Below, piece by piece: positions 1 to 9,130 of a stretch of 64,000 bases of DNA. The position numbers were made by a program, and so were the translations under genes. The notes under the pieces were generated by a model. That model saw only the letters and a program-made list of their open reading frames with translations, was not told the DNA's origin and ran no database searches. The stretch comes from Bradymonadia bacterium. Its GTDB lineage: Bacteria; Myxococcota_A; Bradymonadia; UBA7976; UBA1532. The stretch is from NCBI GenBank assembly GCA_046290225.1, contig JBKAGE010000036.1, positions 96,001 to 160,000 on the forward strand. Direction: 5' to 3'. The stretch's first letter is position 1. Each line of letters begins with the position of its first letter.

Positions 1-30
1 CCTCGGCCCTCCACCCGCCGGCCAGTCCTC

Positions 31-1230
31 GTGCCTGTCACCGCCACGTTGCCATCAGGCGCCCCCGCAGGGGGCATCCCCATCGAGTCTTCTGTCGACG
101 GGGTGGGCTTGAAGGCGGCCTATACCGACCCTCGAGGTCGAGTGATCCTGGAGCTGCCTGCGCCGACGCCCCGAGCCCACCGACTCGATCTGCAAGTGCC
201 CGAAGCCTCCGACCGACTGCCCACGTCGTGGTCGGGGCAGTACTACGGCGCCCGCCCTCTCGAGATCGCCCTGGTCTACACCGGGCCCACGGTGCTGGCC
301 CCTGGCGTACCTCTCACCTTCAAGGGGCAGGTCAACGGCGCTGAGGGGGAGAGCCTCGACGTTTTGCTCATCGCCGGCGATCGCCCTGTGGCCCAAGGCA
401 GCCTCGATGACGAGGGCCGCTTCTCCATGGCTGCAGATCCCGACGACACAGGCTCGGGCTCGATCACGTTCCGCGCTCTCACTGATGCCGGTGATCCCAC
501 ATTCATCGATGGGGCGTCGGAGACGGTGACCGTCGAGGTGCCCCCACCACCACCGCCCTCTCCGCTGTGGACGTGGGTGCCGCTGTCGGTGGCCATACTC
601 TCGATGCTCGTGGCGCTGTGGCGGTGGCGTCCACGGCCCTCTGCCCCTCGGGCTGTGGTCACGCCAGAGCCGACCCCAGCACCACTCCCCGCCTTTGAAT
701 GGCAGTCCACAGGTGCCAAGGGTCCTCCGGTGATCATGCTCACTGACGGCCTCACGGGGGCCGCCATTCCTGGGGTGGTGTACCTTCTGCCTCCTGAGGC
801 GTCTCCTCCACCCTTCGATGGACAGCCTCCCGAGGGGGTCGCCGGCTCTACATTGCCAGCGGGTGAATCACTGACCTTGCCCGACGCCGCAGGGGCCCAG
901 CTCTGGATCACCAGCCCCGGCTATGCCCCCGGCTGCCATCGCTGCCCCACAGGCTCAGGGCGTGCCGTCATTCGCTTGTTGCCCGTTCGGGCGCAGATCC
1001 AGAAGACCTTCATGGATCTGCTCGCCCGGGCAGGCCAGCCGGTACTGCGGTTCGGTCGAGAGACACCCGCGCAGGCCGGTCAGACGCTGATCCAACGTGG
1101 CTGGCCCCAAGGCTCGGTGAACGATCTCGTGCGCCAGGTCGATCGGGCCTGCTTCGGTGGTGAAGCCCCCGATCTGCACACCCTCGAGGCCATCGCCACC
1201 CTCGCCCGACGCCTGGAGCCAGCCTCGTGA
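31..1230 (+). CDS. Hypothetical membrane-anchored protein (Ig-like repeats, Pro linker, one TM helix); probably 5'-truncated by the window edge
   Basis: Long ORF with PPPPPP linker then hydrophobic WTWVPLSVAILSMLVALW; stop overlaps the next start (GTGA); first gene of the MoxR operon. Confidence 0.6.
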   Translation: MPVTATLPSGAPAGGIPIESSVDGVGLKAAYTDPRGRVILELPAPTPRAHRLDLQVPEASDRLPTSWSGQYYGARPLEIALVYTGPTVLAPGVPLTFKGQVNGAEGESLDVLLIAGDRPVAQGSLDDEGRFSMAADPDDTGSGSITFRALTDAGDPTFIDGASETVTVEVPPPPPPSPLWTWVPLSVAILSMLVALWRWRPRPSAPRAVVTPEPTPAPLPAFEWQSTGAKGPPVIMLTDGLTGAAIPGVVYLLPPEASPPPFDGQPPEGVAGSTLPAGESLTLPDAAGAQLWITSPGYAPGCHRCPTGSGRAVIRLLPVRAQIQKTFMDLLARAGQPVLRFGRETPAQAGQTLIQRGWPQGSVNDLVRQVDRACFGGEAPDLHTLEAIATLARRLEPAS

Positions 1231-2219
1231 GGCGCATGATCTGGATATGGGTGCTCCTGTTGCTCTGGACGCAGCCGAGCGCGGCCTCCTTCGAAGGGGA
1301 GAGCACCGATTGGGATGGCCTGTCGAGGATCACCCAGGGCCTGAGGCGAGCGGGCGTACCCCTCACCGTGCCCACCACCTTGGATTTCGGCGCTCTGCCT
1401 CCAGGGAGCGGGCTGGCCATCGTGGGCCCCGATGCCGCCGTCGATGCCGACAATTTGATGCGTTTCGTGCAGTCAGGTGGCCGGTTACTCCTCGCCGACG
1501 AGGGGGCAGCCATGGGCCCTTTCCTCGCCCGAGTGGGCCTCGCAGCCGTCGACGCACCGCCGCCGAACGATGACACTCTCGGGGGCCGGCAAGGCTTGCG
1601 GGTGCTCAACCTCGAAGGCCGCGGTGGCTTGTTGGAAGGCATCAGCGCCCTGGTCACCAACCACCCGGGCGCCCTCGAAGCCCGACGGGCCCTCGGACCG
1701 GCCATCACCTTCAACGACGGCACTCCCTTCGCCTTCCACCTTCAAATCGGTGCGGGCGAGGCGGTGGTCATGGCGGACCCCAGCGTGTTCATCAACAACA
1801 TGCAAACCGCCGGTGACAACGCTCGCTTGGCGGCGAACATCGGCGCCTGGCTCAACGCCGGCGGCCGCCCGGTGACCCTCGTGGGTGGCGATGTACCCAG
1901 CCAGGGCAACTTCAGAGGCGACGAAGATCCGGGCTCCACCGCCGACGCCCTGTCGACGCTCAACATCTCACTCGCTCAGCTCGGCGCCTTTGAGCCCGAC
2001 ACCGTGGTGATCAGGCTCCTGGTGGCCATTCTCCTCGCCGCGGCGATCTTGTATGTCATCCTCGTGTTCCCCGGGGGGTCCACGCGGCGTCGCGCCATGG
2101 CAGAGGCCCGACAACAGCTGCACCCCGGCACCTCGATCAACGGCCTCGCCGGCCAGCCTGGGGGCCCAGCGGCCCCCGAGGGGCGCCCGACGGCCCAGGA
2201 GTCAGTCTCGCGATCATGA
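1227..2219 (+). CDS. DUF4350-like membrane protein of MoxR operon
   Basis: Signal peptide, 'FVQSGGRLLLADE', 'ADPSVFINNM...DNARLA' and a C-terminal TM helix; directly upstream of MoxR. Confidence 0.7.
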   Translation: MRRMIWIWVLLLLWTQPSAASFEGESTDWDGLSRITQGLRRAGVPLTVPTTLDFGALPPGSGLAIVGPDAAVDADNLMRFVQSGGRLLLADEGAAMGPFLARVGLAAVDAPPPNDDTLGGRQGLRVLNLEGRGGLLEGISALVTNHPGALEARRALGPAITFNDGTPFAFHLQIGAGEAVVMADPSVFINNMQTAGDNARLAANIGAWLNAGGRPVTLVGGDVPSQGNFRGDEDPGSTADALSTLNISLAQLGAFEPDTVVIRLLVAILLAAAILYVILVFPGGSTRRRAMAEARQQLHPGTSINGLAGQPGGPAAPEGRPTAQESVSRS

Positions 2220-3202
2220 GCCACATCGATCCCAACCTCCTCGCCCAGGCCGCCGCCCTCCGAGATCAGATCAGAGGGCAAATCAGCAAAGTCTTCATCG
2301 GTGTGCCGGCCACAGTCGACCTGCTGCTCACGGCGGTGCTCGCCCCCGGCCACGTGCTGTTGGAAGGTGTGCCCGGGGTGGCCAAGACCACCCTGGCCAA
2401 GGCCTTCAGCGAGACCTTGGGCTGCGACTTCCGTCGCATCCAGTTCACGCCTGATCTGCTGCCGGCGGACATCACGGGCACCTATGTGATCAGCCCCCAA
2501 GATCGCTCTCTGGTGCTGCGCAAAGGGCCGATCTTTGCCCACGTGGTGCTCGGCGACGAGATCAACCGCGCCCCGGCGAAGACCCAGTCGGCCTTGCTCG
2601 AGGCCATGCAGGAGCAACAAGTCACCCTCGAGGGCGACACTCTGCCCCTGCCTGATCCGTTCCTGGTGCTGGCGACCCAGAACCCCCTGGAGCAAGAGGG
2701 GGTGTACCCCCTGCCCGAGGCCCAGGTGGACCGCTTCTTGATGAAGATCGAGATGGGCTACCCCTCGGCAGAGCACGAGCGCCGCATGTTGCTCACCTAC
2801 AACCAGCCTCGGGGGGTGCCCACGGCCATCCTCGATCCCGTTCGGCTGCTGCAGCTGCGGGCCCTCGCGGATCAAGTGCACGTCTCGGAAGCCCTGATGG
2901 ACTATGTGGTGGCCCTGGCCACAGCGACCCGGCGCCATGATCGGGTACGCCTCGGGGTGAGCCCTCGGGCCTCTCTCGCTCTCATGCGGGCCACCAAGGC
3001 TCAGGCCCTGCTTGAGGGTCGAGATTACGTGCGCCCGGACGACGTCCGCGCTCTGGCGCCCTTCGTCTGGGCCCACCGCGTGGTCTTGAGCCCCGAGGCA
3101 GAGCTCGACGACTACACCGGTCACGACATCGTGCAGGAGGCCCTCACCGCGGTGCGCTACCGCGGCCCCGCCGATCCACGCCCACCGCAGCTGGAGGCCT
3201 GA
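2216..3202 (+). CDS. moxR: MoxR family AAA+ ATPase
   Basis: Walker A LEGVPGVAKT, RIQFTPDLLPADITG, Walker B DEINRAPAKTQSALLEAM, ATQNPLEQEG. Confidence 0.95.
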   Translation: MSHIDPNLLAQAAALRDQIRGQISKVFIGVPATVDLLLTAVLAPGHVLLEGVPGVAKTTLAKAFSETLGCDFRRIQFTPDLLPADITGTYVISPQDRSLVLRKGPIFAHVVLGDEINRAPAKTQSALLEAMQEQQVTLEGDTLPLPDPFLVLATQNPLEQEGVYPLPEAQVDRFLMKIEMGYPSAEHERRMLLTYNQPRGVPTAILDPVRLLQLRALADQVHVSEALMDYVVALATATRRHDRVRLGVSPRASLALMRATKAQALLEGRDYVRPDDVRALAPFVWAHRVVLSPEAELDDYTGHDIVQEALTAVRYRGPADPRPPQLEA

Positions 3203-4734
3203 TGCCACTGGAAGGGCGCCAGCCCCGGCTGACCACGGCCGGGCTCAGCCTCACGGCCACCTCGGTGTGCCTGCTCTTCATCTCCGGGGTCTCGGGGCAC
3301 GTACTCCCTGGCGCTCTGGGGGCGATGATGCTGGGGCTGATCGCCTGGGCGGTCCTCTGGTCCACCAACGCGGCCCAACGCGCCCGCAGCCTGCGCATCA
3401 CCCTCGACGCCGAGAGCCGGCGCCGGCCCATCCGTGGCCGGCCCTGGGATCTCACCCTCGACCTGGACGCCACAGCAGTGAGCCGACCTCTGGGCACCCT
3501 GGAGCTCGAGCTGATGGGCGCCGGCTTCACAGGTGATGCCCGCTGGCCCTGCCCTCTCGACGCTCAGGGCCGCGCCACAACCTCTGTCCCCCTCGTGTTT
3601 CCGCAAATCGGACACTGGCGACTGCACGGGGTACTGATCACCCTGGTCGACCCGCTCGGGTTGACGACGCTGTCGCAATATCGGCCCCATGAGGTGGCGG
3701 TGACTGTGCGCCCTGAGGCCGTGGCCTCCAAGCGCGTTGGCCAGATGTTGCGCCCCGTGGGGGCCCGACGCAGCCGCGAGGGCCGTCACCTGAACCGCAT
3801 GCGCGGCCACGGCCTCGAGATCCGGGAGCTGACCCACTACACCCCGGGCGATCCGCTCAAGCACATCGCCTGGAAGGCCAGCGCCCGCCGCGACGACCTG
3901 CTCGTCCGAGTCTTCGAAGAAGAGACCCAACGCCATCTTCAGCTGTTGGTGGACATCGGCCCCTCCATGCGCGCCGGTGAGGTGGGCGCCTCACCTCTGG
4001 ATCTGGCCCTCGACGCCTGCACCCACCTGCTGCTCACTTGTGATCGCGACCGCCTCGGCGTGACCACCTACGACACCCGCGTCTATGGTCACCTCCGGCC
4101 CGGACGAGGCGCGGTACATCGCCAACGTCTGCAACAGCACCTACTCGACCTCACAGGCGTCATCGACGAAGACCTCACCGAGATCACCGACGCCGAGCTG
4201 CTGGCCCGTGTCGGTGCCTTCATCGAGCGTCAGCAGGGCGCGTTCCTGCGGCAGCACGCCGAGGAGGCGAACCGCCCGCAGATCGCCCGCTCGATGGCGG
4301 ATCCACTCCGGGAGATCTACGACGAGGCCGCTGTGTTCGCCGAGGTCACCCGCTACCTGGCCGAGGATCGCGATCGTGGACACGCGACGCTCTTCGCCAA
4401 GGCTCGCCCCGCGATGGATCTGCTCTCGGCGCGACTGCGTCTGTTCTGCGCGCTGCGGGGGATCCCCCTGCCCTATCGCATCACCGGTGGGGCCTCGGAT
4501 CGCGGTGTGGGGTTGAAGGCCGCGATCTCTCAGAACCTGAAGCCCGGCGCTGCGGAGACGCTGATCATCTTCACTGATCTACGTGGCTTCGACCCGGACA
4601 ACGGGGTGTTCAAGGCGCTGCGTCTGGCACGAAGTCACCGCAAGCATGTGATCGTGATTCACCCAGGCGGGCCAGCGCCCTCTGCAGAGGTGCGGGATGC
4701 GCTGAGCAAGGTGGGCGTGCCGCTGTTGATGTAG
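3202..4734 (+). CDS. DUF58 domain membrane protein (MoxR partner)
   Basis: ELTHYTPGDPLKHIAWKASAR and LLVDIGPSM motifs; N-terminal TM helices; coupled to the moxR stop. Confidence 0.88.
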   Translation: MPLEGRQPRLTTAGLSLTATSVCLLFISGVSGHVLPGALGAMMLGLIAWAVLWSTNAAQRARSLRITLDAESRRRPIRGRPWDLTLDLDATAVSRPLGTLELELMGAGFTGDARWPCPLDAQGRATTSVPLVFPQIGHWRLHGVLITLVDPLGLTTLSQYRPHEVAVTVRPEAVASKRVGQMLRPVGARRSREGRHLNRMRGHGLEIRELTHYTPGDPLKHIAWKASARRDDLLVRVFEEETQRHLQLLVDIGPSMRAGEVGASPLDLALDACTHLLLTCDRDRLGVTTYDTRVYGHLRPGRGAVHRQRLQQHLLDLTGVIDEDLTEITDAELLARVGAFIERQQGAFLRQHAEEANRPQIARSMADPLREIYDEAAVFAEVTRYLAEDRDRGHATLFAKARPAMDLLSARLRLFCALRGIPLPYRITGGASDRGVGLKAAISQNLKPGAAETLIIFTDLRGFDPDNGVFKALRLARSHRKHVIVIHPGGPAPSAEVRDALSKVGVPLLM

Positions 4735-4741
4735 CTGTGGG

Positions 4742-5125
4742 ATGGGCAGTGCGATGAAACCAGCTGATCTGGGCTTGAAGGCGATCTGGCTAACATACTG
4801 GGACATGGACCATCTGGACATCTCCAAACATCCCAATGAGCAGCGCCCGGACCCGCTGACCGAAGACCTCGCTCGAGCAAACTTCGGCCGTATTTTGTCG
4901 GTCGAACACGGATGGACCGAGTCCAGGGTCATGCTCGATATTGGCTGGATTTGGCACCTAGATGGAAAGCCTGCCTTCTTCTACGTAGAGGTCATCGAGG
5001 ACGCGGTTTACGAGGCACCAGCATGGTCTTCATTCGAAATTGAGACATGGGCAGAGTTGGTCGAGGAAATCGCTCGAGGGCTTGAGGAAGTGAAGAACAT
5101 CCTACAGCGCCCTCTGCCGGCATAG
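4742..5125 (+). CDS. Hypothetical protein (lower GC, Trp/acidic-rich)
   Basis: 127-aa ORF filling the gap between DUF58 and Rpn genes; no recognisable motif. Confidence 0.5.
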   Translation: MGSAMKPADLGLKAIWLTYWDMDHLDISKHPNEQRPDPLTEDLARANFGRILSVEHGWTESRVMLDIGWIWHLDGKPAFFYVEVIEDAVYEAPAWSSFEIETWAELVEEIARGLEEVKNILQRPLPA

Positions 5126-5209
5126 CGCCCTTCTTCTCACTCAAAAAAGCAGGAAGGCATTCGGCCTCTCGGGCGTAGAGCAATCTGTAACCCGAATACG
5201 GAGCGCCAG

Positions 5210-6247
5210 ATGTCTTCCGAGCACCCGCACGACGCCTTGGTCAAGGCGCTCTTCCGAGACCCCCGCAACATCGCCGCGGAGTTGCAGCGTCTTCTGCCTC
5301 CGGAGGTCGTAGCTCGAATCGATCTGTCATCTGCCCGTCTTGCAGATGGTGTATCCATCGACCCCAAGTTGCGAGATCGCGCCACGGACCTGTGGTTTGA
5401 AGTGGCCTTTCCTGGTGGCAGGCAGGGCTACATCTTCATATTGTACGAGCATCAATCTTCGGTGCGGCAAGACATGGCGTGGCGACTCGTCGACTACGTG
5501 ACCCGCTTCTGGCGTGACTGGATCGACGAACAGCTCGGGAGAGACGCTCCAGCATTCCCTCTACCTGCGGTGATCCCCGTCGTTCTCTACCATGGTGCAC
5601 GCCGCTGGAGTGCTCCCCTGGCGTTCACCGAACTCCTCGATCTTGACGACGAGAGCCGAGCGCTCCTGGCACCTCATCTACTGCAGCTGCGTTATCAGCT
5701 TGAGAATTTGAGTGCACGCTCAGAACCCGAGTTGCTGGCTGAAGCAGCGGGACTACCCCACACACTCGGCATCGCATTCTTGCTCATGCGGGCGCTCATG
5801 CGCAGTGACGACTTGGTCTCGATCATCAATGGCATGCGAGCGGCCTTCGTGCATTTCCTGCGCGTGGCTCGGCCAGATGAGATCCAGGTCATCATCAGTT
5901 ACATTGAAGACACCCTCGACACACGTGACGTCGAAGCAGCCTTCATCGAGGTCGCTGAGCAAGCCGAAGCAGAGGAGAAGGAGCTCATCATGGAGATCAG
6001 AAACATCTACGCTCGGGAGCGGTTCAGGAGCGCGCACGAGCAGGGTCTGGAGCAGGGCCTGGAGCAAGGTTTGGAGCAGGGCCGCCTCGACGAGGCGCGC
6101 AATATGCTCAAACGTCTGCTCACCCTCAAGTTCGGTTCGATGGAAGCAGCCTCGATCGAGAAGATAGACGGCGCTGACCTGACAGATGTGGAACGGTGGA
6201 TGGAGCAATTCGTCATGGCAACCACCATCGACGACACCCTCGCGTGA
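5210..6247 (+). CDS. Rpn/YhgA-like PD-(D/E)XK nuclease (Transposase_31 family)
   Basis: HDALVKALF...TDLWFEV...YIFILYEHQSS...LPAVIPVVLYHG and C-terminal EQGLEQG repeats. Confidence 0.92.
   Translation: MSSEHPHDALVKALFRDPRNIAAELQRLLPPEVVARIDLSSARLADGVSIDPKLRDRATDLWFEVAFPGGRQGYIFILYEHQSSVRQDMAWRLVDYVTRFWRDWIDEQLGRDAPAFPLPAVIPVVLYHGARRWSAPLAFTELLDLDDESRALLAPHLLQLRYQLENLSARSEPELLAEAAGLPHTLGIAFLLMRALMRSDDLVSIINGMRAAFVHFLRVARPDEIQVIISYIEDTLDTRDVEAAFIEVAEQAEAEEKELIMEIRNIYARERFRSAHEQGLEQGLEQGLEQGRLDEARNMLKRLLTLKFGSMEAASIEKIDGADLTDVERWMEQFVMATTIDDTLA
5990..6247 (+). CDS. Putative intragenic small protein (RpnS-type inhibitor), in frame within rpn
   Basis: AAGGAG at 5978-5983, 6 nt before in-frame ATG 5990; 85-aa product MEIRNIYARERF...EQGLEQG. 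Confidence 0.6.
   Translation: MEIRNIYARERFRSAHEQGLEQGLEQGLEQGRLDEARNMLKRLLTLKFGSMEAASIEKIDGADLTDVERWMEQFVMATTIDDTLA
6038..6085 (+). repeat. 4 x 12-bp coding repeat (EQGL)n
   Basis: gagcagggtctg gagcagggcctg gagcaaggtttg gagcagggccgc. Confidence 0.9.
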
Positions 6248-6268
6248 AGCGCTGGACGCCGCGGCCCC

Positions 6269-7831
6269 TCAACCACCTCGCAGCTTGCGCAACAGCGTGT
6301 TTCGCCCAATCCCCAGACGTCTCGCCGCCTCGCTCCGGTTGCCTCCGCAGACCTCGAGTACATGGGCCACATAGGCCTGCTCCACATCCTTGAGCGACTT
6401 GATGCTTGTGGTGAAGTCTTCTGCCCCGGAGACCACCACCCGGGGCATCTCCACCGTCGATCTGGCCACATCTGCCACATCACCGGAGATGCTCAGGTGC
6501 GCCCCTTCGATGATCTGCCCGGGCGCCAGCACCACCGCTGACTCGATGCAGTGCTCCAATTCTCGGACGTTTCCAGGCCAGTGGTGGCCATGGAGACGGC
6601 CCCGAGCACCACGGGATAACACCAAATCCGGGCGGCCATGGCGTCGCGACAGCTCGAAGAGGAAGTGGTCGATCAAGCGATCGAGATCAGCCGAGCCTCT
6701 AGTGCGGAGGGGTGGCGCTTCGATGGGCACCACCTTCAGGCGATAGTAGAGGTCAGCCCGGAACTTCCCATCGGCCACCAGCTGACCCAGATCTCGGTGG
6801 GTGGCGCATACAAAGCGTACGTCGGCGTCGAGGGCCGCGTTCCCGCCCACCTGCAGGAAGGTCCGGTCCTGGATCAGCCTCAGGAGCTTGCCCTGGACTT
6901 CGAGGGGCAGCTCCCCCACCTCGTCGAGGAACAGGGTGCCGCCTTCCGCAGCCTGCACCTTCCCCGGACGTGCTCGATCCGCGCCGGTGAAGGCCCCTTT
7001 CTCGTGGCCGAAGAGCTCGTTCTCGATGAGGGTGGTGGGCAGCGCCGCACAGTCCACCTTCACAAAGGGCCCCTTCCGCCGTGGGGAGTTCACGTGGATC
7101 GCCCGGGCGAAGAGCTCCTTGCCCGTACCCGACTCCCCAAGCACCAGCACCGTGGCCTCGGTGCGGGCAGCGCGGCTCACCCGATCGTAGGCCGCCCGCA
7201 TCGCCGGGGATTCGCCGATGATGTGGTTGAAGCGAAAGGCCAGCGGCCGATCGTGACTCGGGTGAAGCTGGCTGCGCAGGCTCGTGCTCTCCAACAGCGC
7301 CGCCACCTCGTCGGCGAGGGCCGTCAGGCGTCGCGTGTCGCGGCCCTCGAAAGCGCCCTGGCGCTGATTGAGCACCTGAATCACCCCCACGACCCCTGCA
7401 GAGCCTCTGATCGGCACCGCCAGCAGGTTCTCGGTGTGGTAGCCCGTCTGCGCGTCGATGTGGCCCGTGAAGTGCGGATCTGTGCCGCCAGCGGGCATGT
7501 TCACCGCCTGGCCCGATCGCGCCACCCAACCAGCGACCCCCTCACCGATGCGCACTCGGATCTCGGTCATCTCCGGCAGGTGAGCCACGCGACTCACCAG
7601 CTCGCCTCGAGCGTGATCGACCAGAAACAGCGTGGCCCGCTCGCAATCCAGCGCCCGGGTCACTTGATCCACCACCGCCTCGAGCACCCGCTCGAGATCA
7701 ACCTCACCATCAGCGCTGAGCCCCGTGAGCGAAGGCATTGGGGTCTGCATCGGAAGATCGATCAAGACGTCTGCTCCCATGGCTCGTCGAACGAGAGCGA
7801 GAGCGTACTGCGCTGGTGAGTGAGGGGTCAA
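6269..7831 (-). CDS. GAF-domain sigma54-dependent transcriptional activator (bEBP, Fis HTH); true start may be downstream (~7750)
   Basis: GAF (ERATLFLVD...GEGVAGWVA...LLAVPI...GVIQVLN), GESGTGKE, GAFTGA, LFLDEVGEL, WPGNVRELEH, GNRSEAARRLGIGRNTL. Confidence 0.95.
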   Translation of the reverse strand: MTPHSPAQYALALVRRAMGADVLIDLPMQTPMPSLTGLSADGEVDLERVLEAVVDQVTRALDCERATLFLVDHARGELVSRVAHLPEMTEIRVRIGEGVAGWVARSGQAVNMPAGGTDPHFTGHIDAQTGYHTENLLAVPIRGSAGVVGVIQVLNQRQGAFEGRDTRRLTALADEVAALLESTSLRSQLHPSHDRPLAFRFNHIIGESPAMRAAYDRVSRAARTEATVLVLGESGTGKELFARAIHVNSPRRKGPFVKVDCAALPTTLIENELFGHEKGAFTGADRARPGKVQAAEGGTLFLDEVGELPLEVQGKLLRLIQDRTFLQVGGNAALDADVRFVCATHRDLGQLVADGKFRADLYYRLKVVPIEAPPLRTRGSADLDRLIDHFLFELSRRHGRPDLVLSRGARGRLHGHHWPGNVRELEHCIESAVVLAPGQIIEGAHLSISGDVADVARSTVEMPRVVVSGAEDFTTSIKSLKDVEQAYVAHVLEVCGGNRSEAARRLGIGRNTLLRKLRGG

Positions 7832-8661
7832 AGTGACACCTGCAGACCCTCACGGGCGGCGAAGGCTCGGGCGCCGCAGCCCACCAGGGCGTCGTCGGCG
7901 AGGTGCTCCAGCGTACGCACCCCCTCGTCGTCCCGGCTCGGATCGTGGTGAAACAGGGCCACTGCACCCGCGCCCGCTCGGGCGCCGAGCTCTACAGCCT
8001 CGCCCCAGGTGGAATGACCCCAACCCCGGCGCCCGGGGCCACCATCGTCGCCGGTGTACTCCTGCTGGGTGTACTGAGCGTCGTGCACGATGAGATCCGC
8101 ACCGGCACAGAACGCCACCAGCTCGGGCTCGATGCGGCCGCCGTGCTCGACATCGGTGGCGTACACCAGCGCATGGCCATCGGCCTCTACACGGTAGGCC
8201 ACCACACCATCCGGGTGATGCATGTCGATGGCCGACACCTTGAAGGGCCCCACGTCGAAGGTCCGGTCGAGGGGCACGTCATCATAGGCCTTCACTCCAC
8301 GCAACAGCTCGGGGCCTACAGGCCACGCCGGGGGCTTCATCTGCCGGGCCACGGCCTCTCGCACACCACCTGTGGGGCGCCGCGCCCCCATGAGGGTGAG
8401 ATCGCTGCCCGGGTGAAAGGCGGGCCCGAAGAAAGGCACCCCTTGGATGTGATCCCAGTGCACGTGGGAGAACAGCACCGTCGCCGCGAGGGGCTTGCGG
8501 CCGTGGGCGTCACCGAGGGCCTTGAGGCCGGTGCCGCCGTCGAGGATCAAGCGGTGTTCGCCGCTGATCACCTCGACGCACGAAGTATTGCCACCCACCT
8601 CACCAAACCCCTGCCCGCTCACCGCAATGCTGCCCCGAACACCCCAGAACTTCACCTGCAT
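7828..8661 (-). CDS. MBL-fold metallo-hydrolase (RNase Z/PhnP-like phosphodiesterase group)
   Basis: MQVKFWGVRGSI, GGNTSCVEV, SHVHWDHIQG, WGHS, FHHDP; GGAGG RBS before ATG 8661. Confidence 0.9.
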   Translation of the reverse strand: MQVKFWGVRGSIAVSGQGFGEVGGNTSCVEVISGEHRLILDGGTGLKALGDAHGRKPLAATVLFSHVHWDHIQGVPFFGPAFHPGSDLTLMGARRPTGGVREAVARQMKPPAWPVGPELLRGVKAYDDVPLDRTFDVGPFKVSAIDMHHPDGVVAYRVEADGHALVYATDVEHGGRIEPELVAFCAGADLIVHDAQYTQQEYTGDDGGPGRRGWGHSTWGEAVELGARAGAGAVALFHHDPSRDDEGVRTLEHLADDALVGCGARAFAAREGLQVSL

Positions 8662-8740
8662 ATCGTTCACCTCCGCGCCATGAGTTGCCTGTGTAGAGCC
8701 ACTTCCCCTCGTCTGCCAACCGGGGACGGCGAGGCCCTTG

Positions 8741-8757
8741 AGCAACGGCCGGGCCAA
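8741..8757 (-). promoter_or_regulatory. sigma54 -24/-12 promoter of the MBL-bEBP operon
   Basis: Minus strand TTGGCCCGGCCGTTGCT: GG-N10-GC with TTGC. Confidence 0.75.
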
Positions 8758-8785
8758 CATGCCACCCCGTCGATGAACACAAACA

Positions 8786-8798
8786 ATTCAAGCAGTTA
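8786..8798 (+). promoter_or_regulatory. IHF-like binding site
   Basis: ATTCAAGCAGTTA vs WATCAANNNNTTR (1 mismatch), A-rich flank, between UAS and sigma54 promoter. Confidence 0.5.
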
Positions 8799-8842
8799 CC
8801 ACTCCCCCCCCAGGAATCGTCCCCGGTACGCTCTGGCGCACC

Positions 8843-8882
8843 TGATCAAATCTCGATCACCCAACTGATCCAGTTTCGATCA
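8843..8882. promoter_or_regulatory. Tandem palindromic enhancer (UAS) sites TGATC-N7-GATCA x2
   Basis: tgatcaaatctcgatca (8843-8859) and tgatccagtttcgatca (8866-8882), 23 bp apart, about 90-125 bp upstream of -24. Confidence 0.65.
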
Positions 8883-9035
8883 ATGCACTGGGCGTCTTTG
8901 ACACACGGCGACGCTGAGACTCTTCGCAGTGGCAACAGCAACCGAGGACGGGTCACCTGAATCCAATGCACACGGATGCCGATGAGAATTCAGTGGGTCG
9001 AGAGCACCACAACGACGCCGCAGGCGCCTGCAGGC

Positions 9036-9064
9036 TTGACGCCAGCCCTCACCCCTCTTAGTCT
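9036..9064 (+). promoter_or_regulatory. sigma70-type promoter for nuoI
   Basis: TTGACG-N17-TAGTCT. Confidence 0.55.
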
Positions 9065-9130
9065 CCCGGCCCGAAACACCGATCCTGATGCAGTCGTCTC
9101 GCTGCACCCCGATCAAGGAGCGCCGAACAG

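Noticed and set aside
5210..6247. Rpn gene as an IS transposase
   Set aside because: No terminal inverted repeats or target duplication seen; the family is a PD-(D/E)XK nuclease
8929..9010. Possible riboswitch or structured RNA upstream of nuoI (CACCTGAAT/ATTCAGTG stem)
   Set aside because: Short pairing, no match to riboswitch consensus I know, and it lies upstream of the predicted promoter; an Rfam scan would settle it
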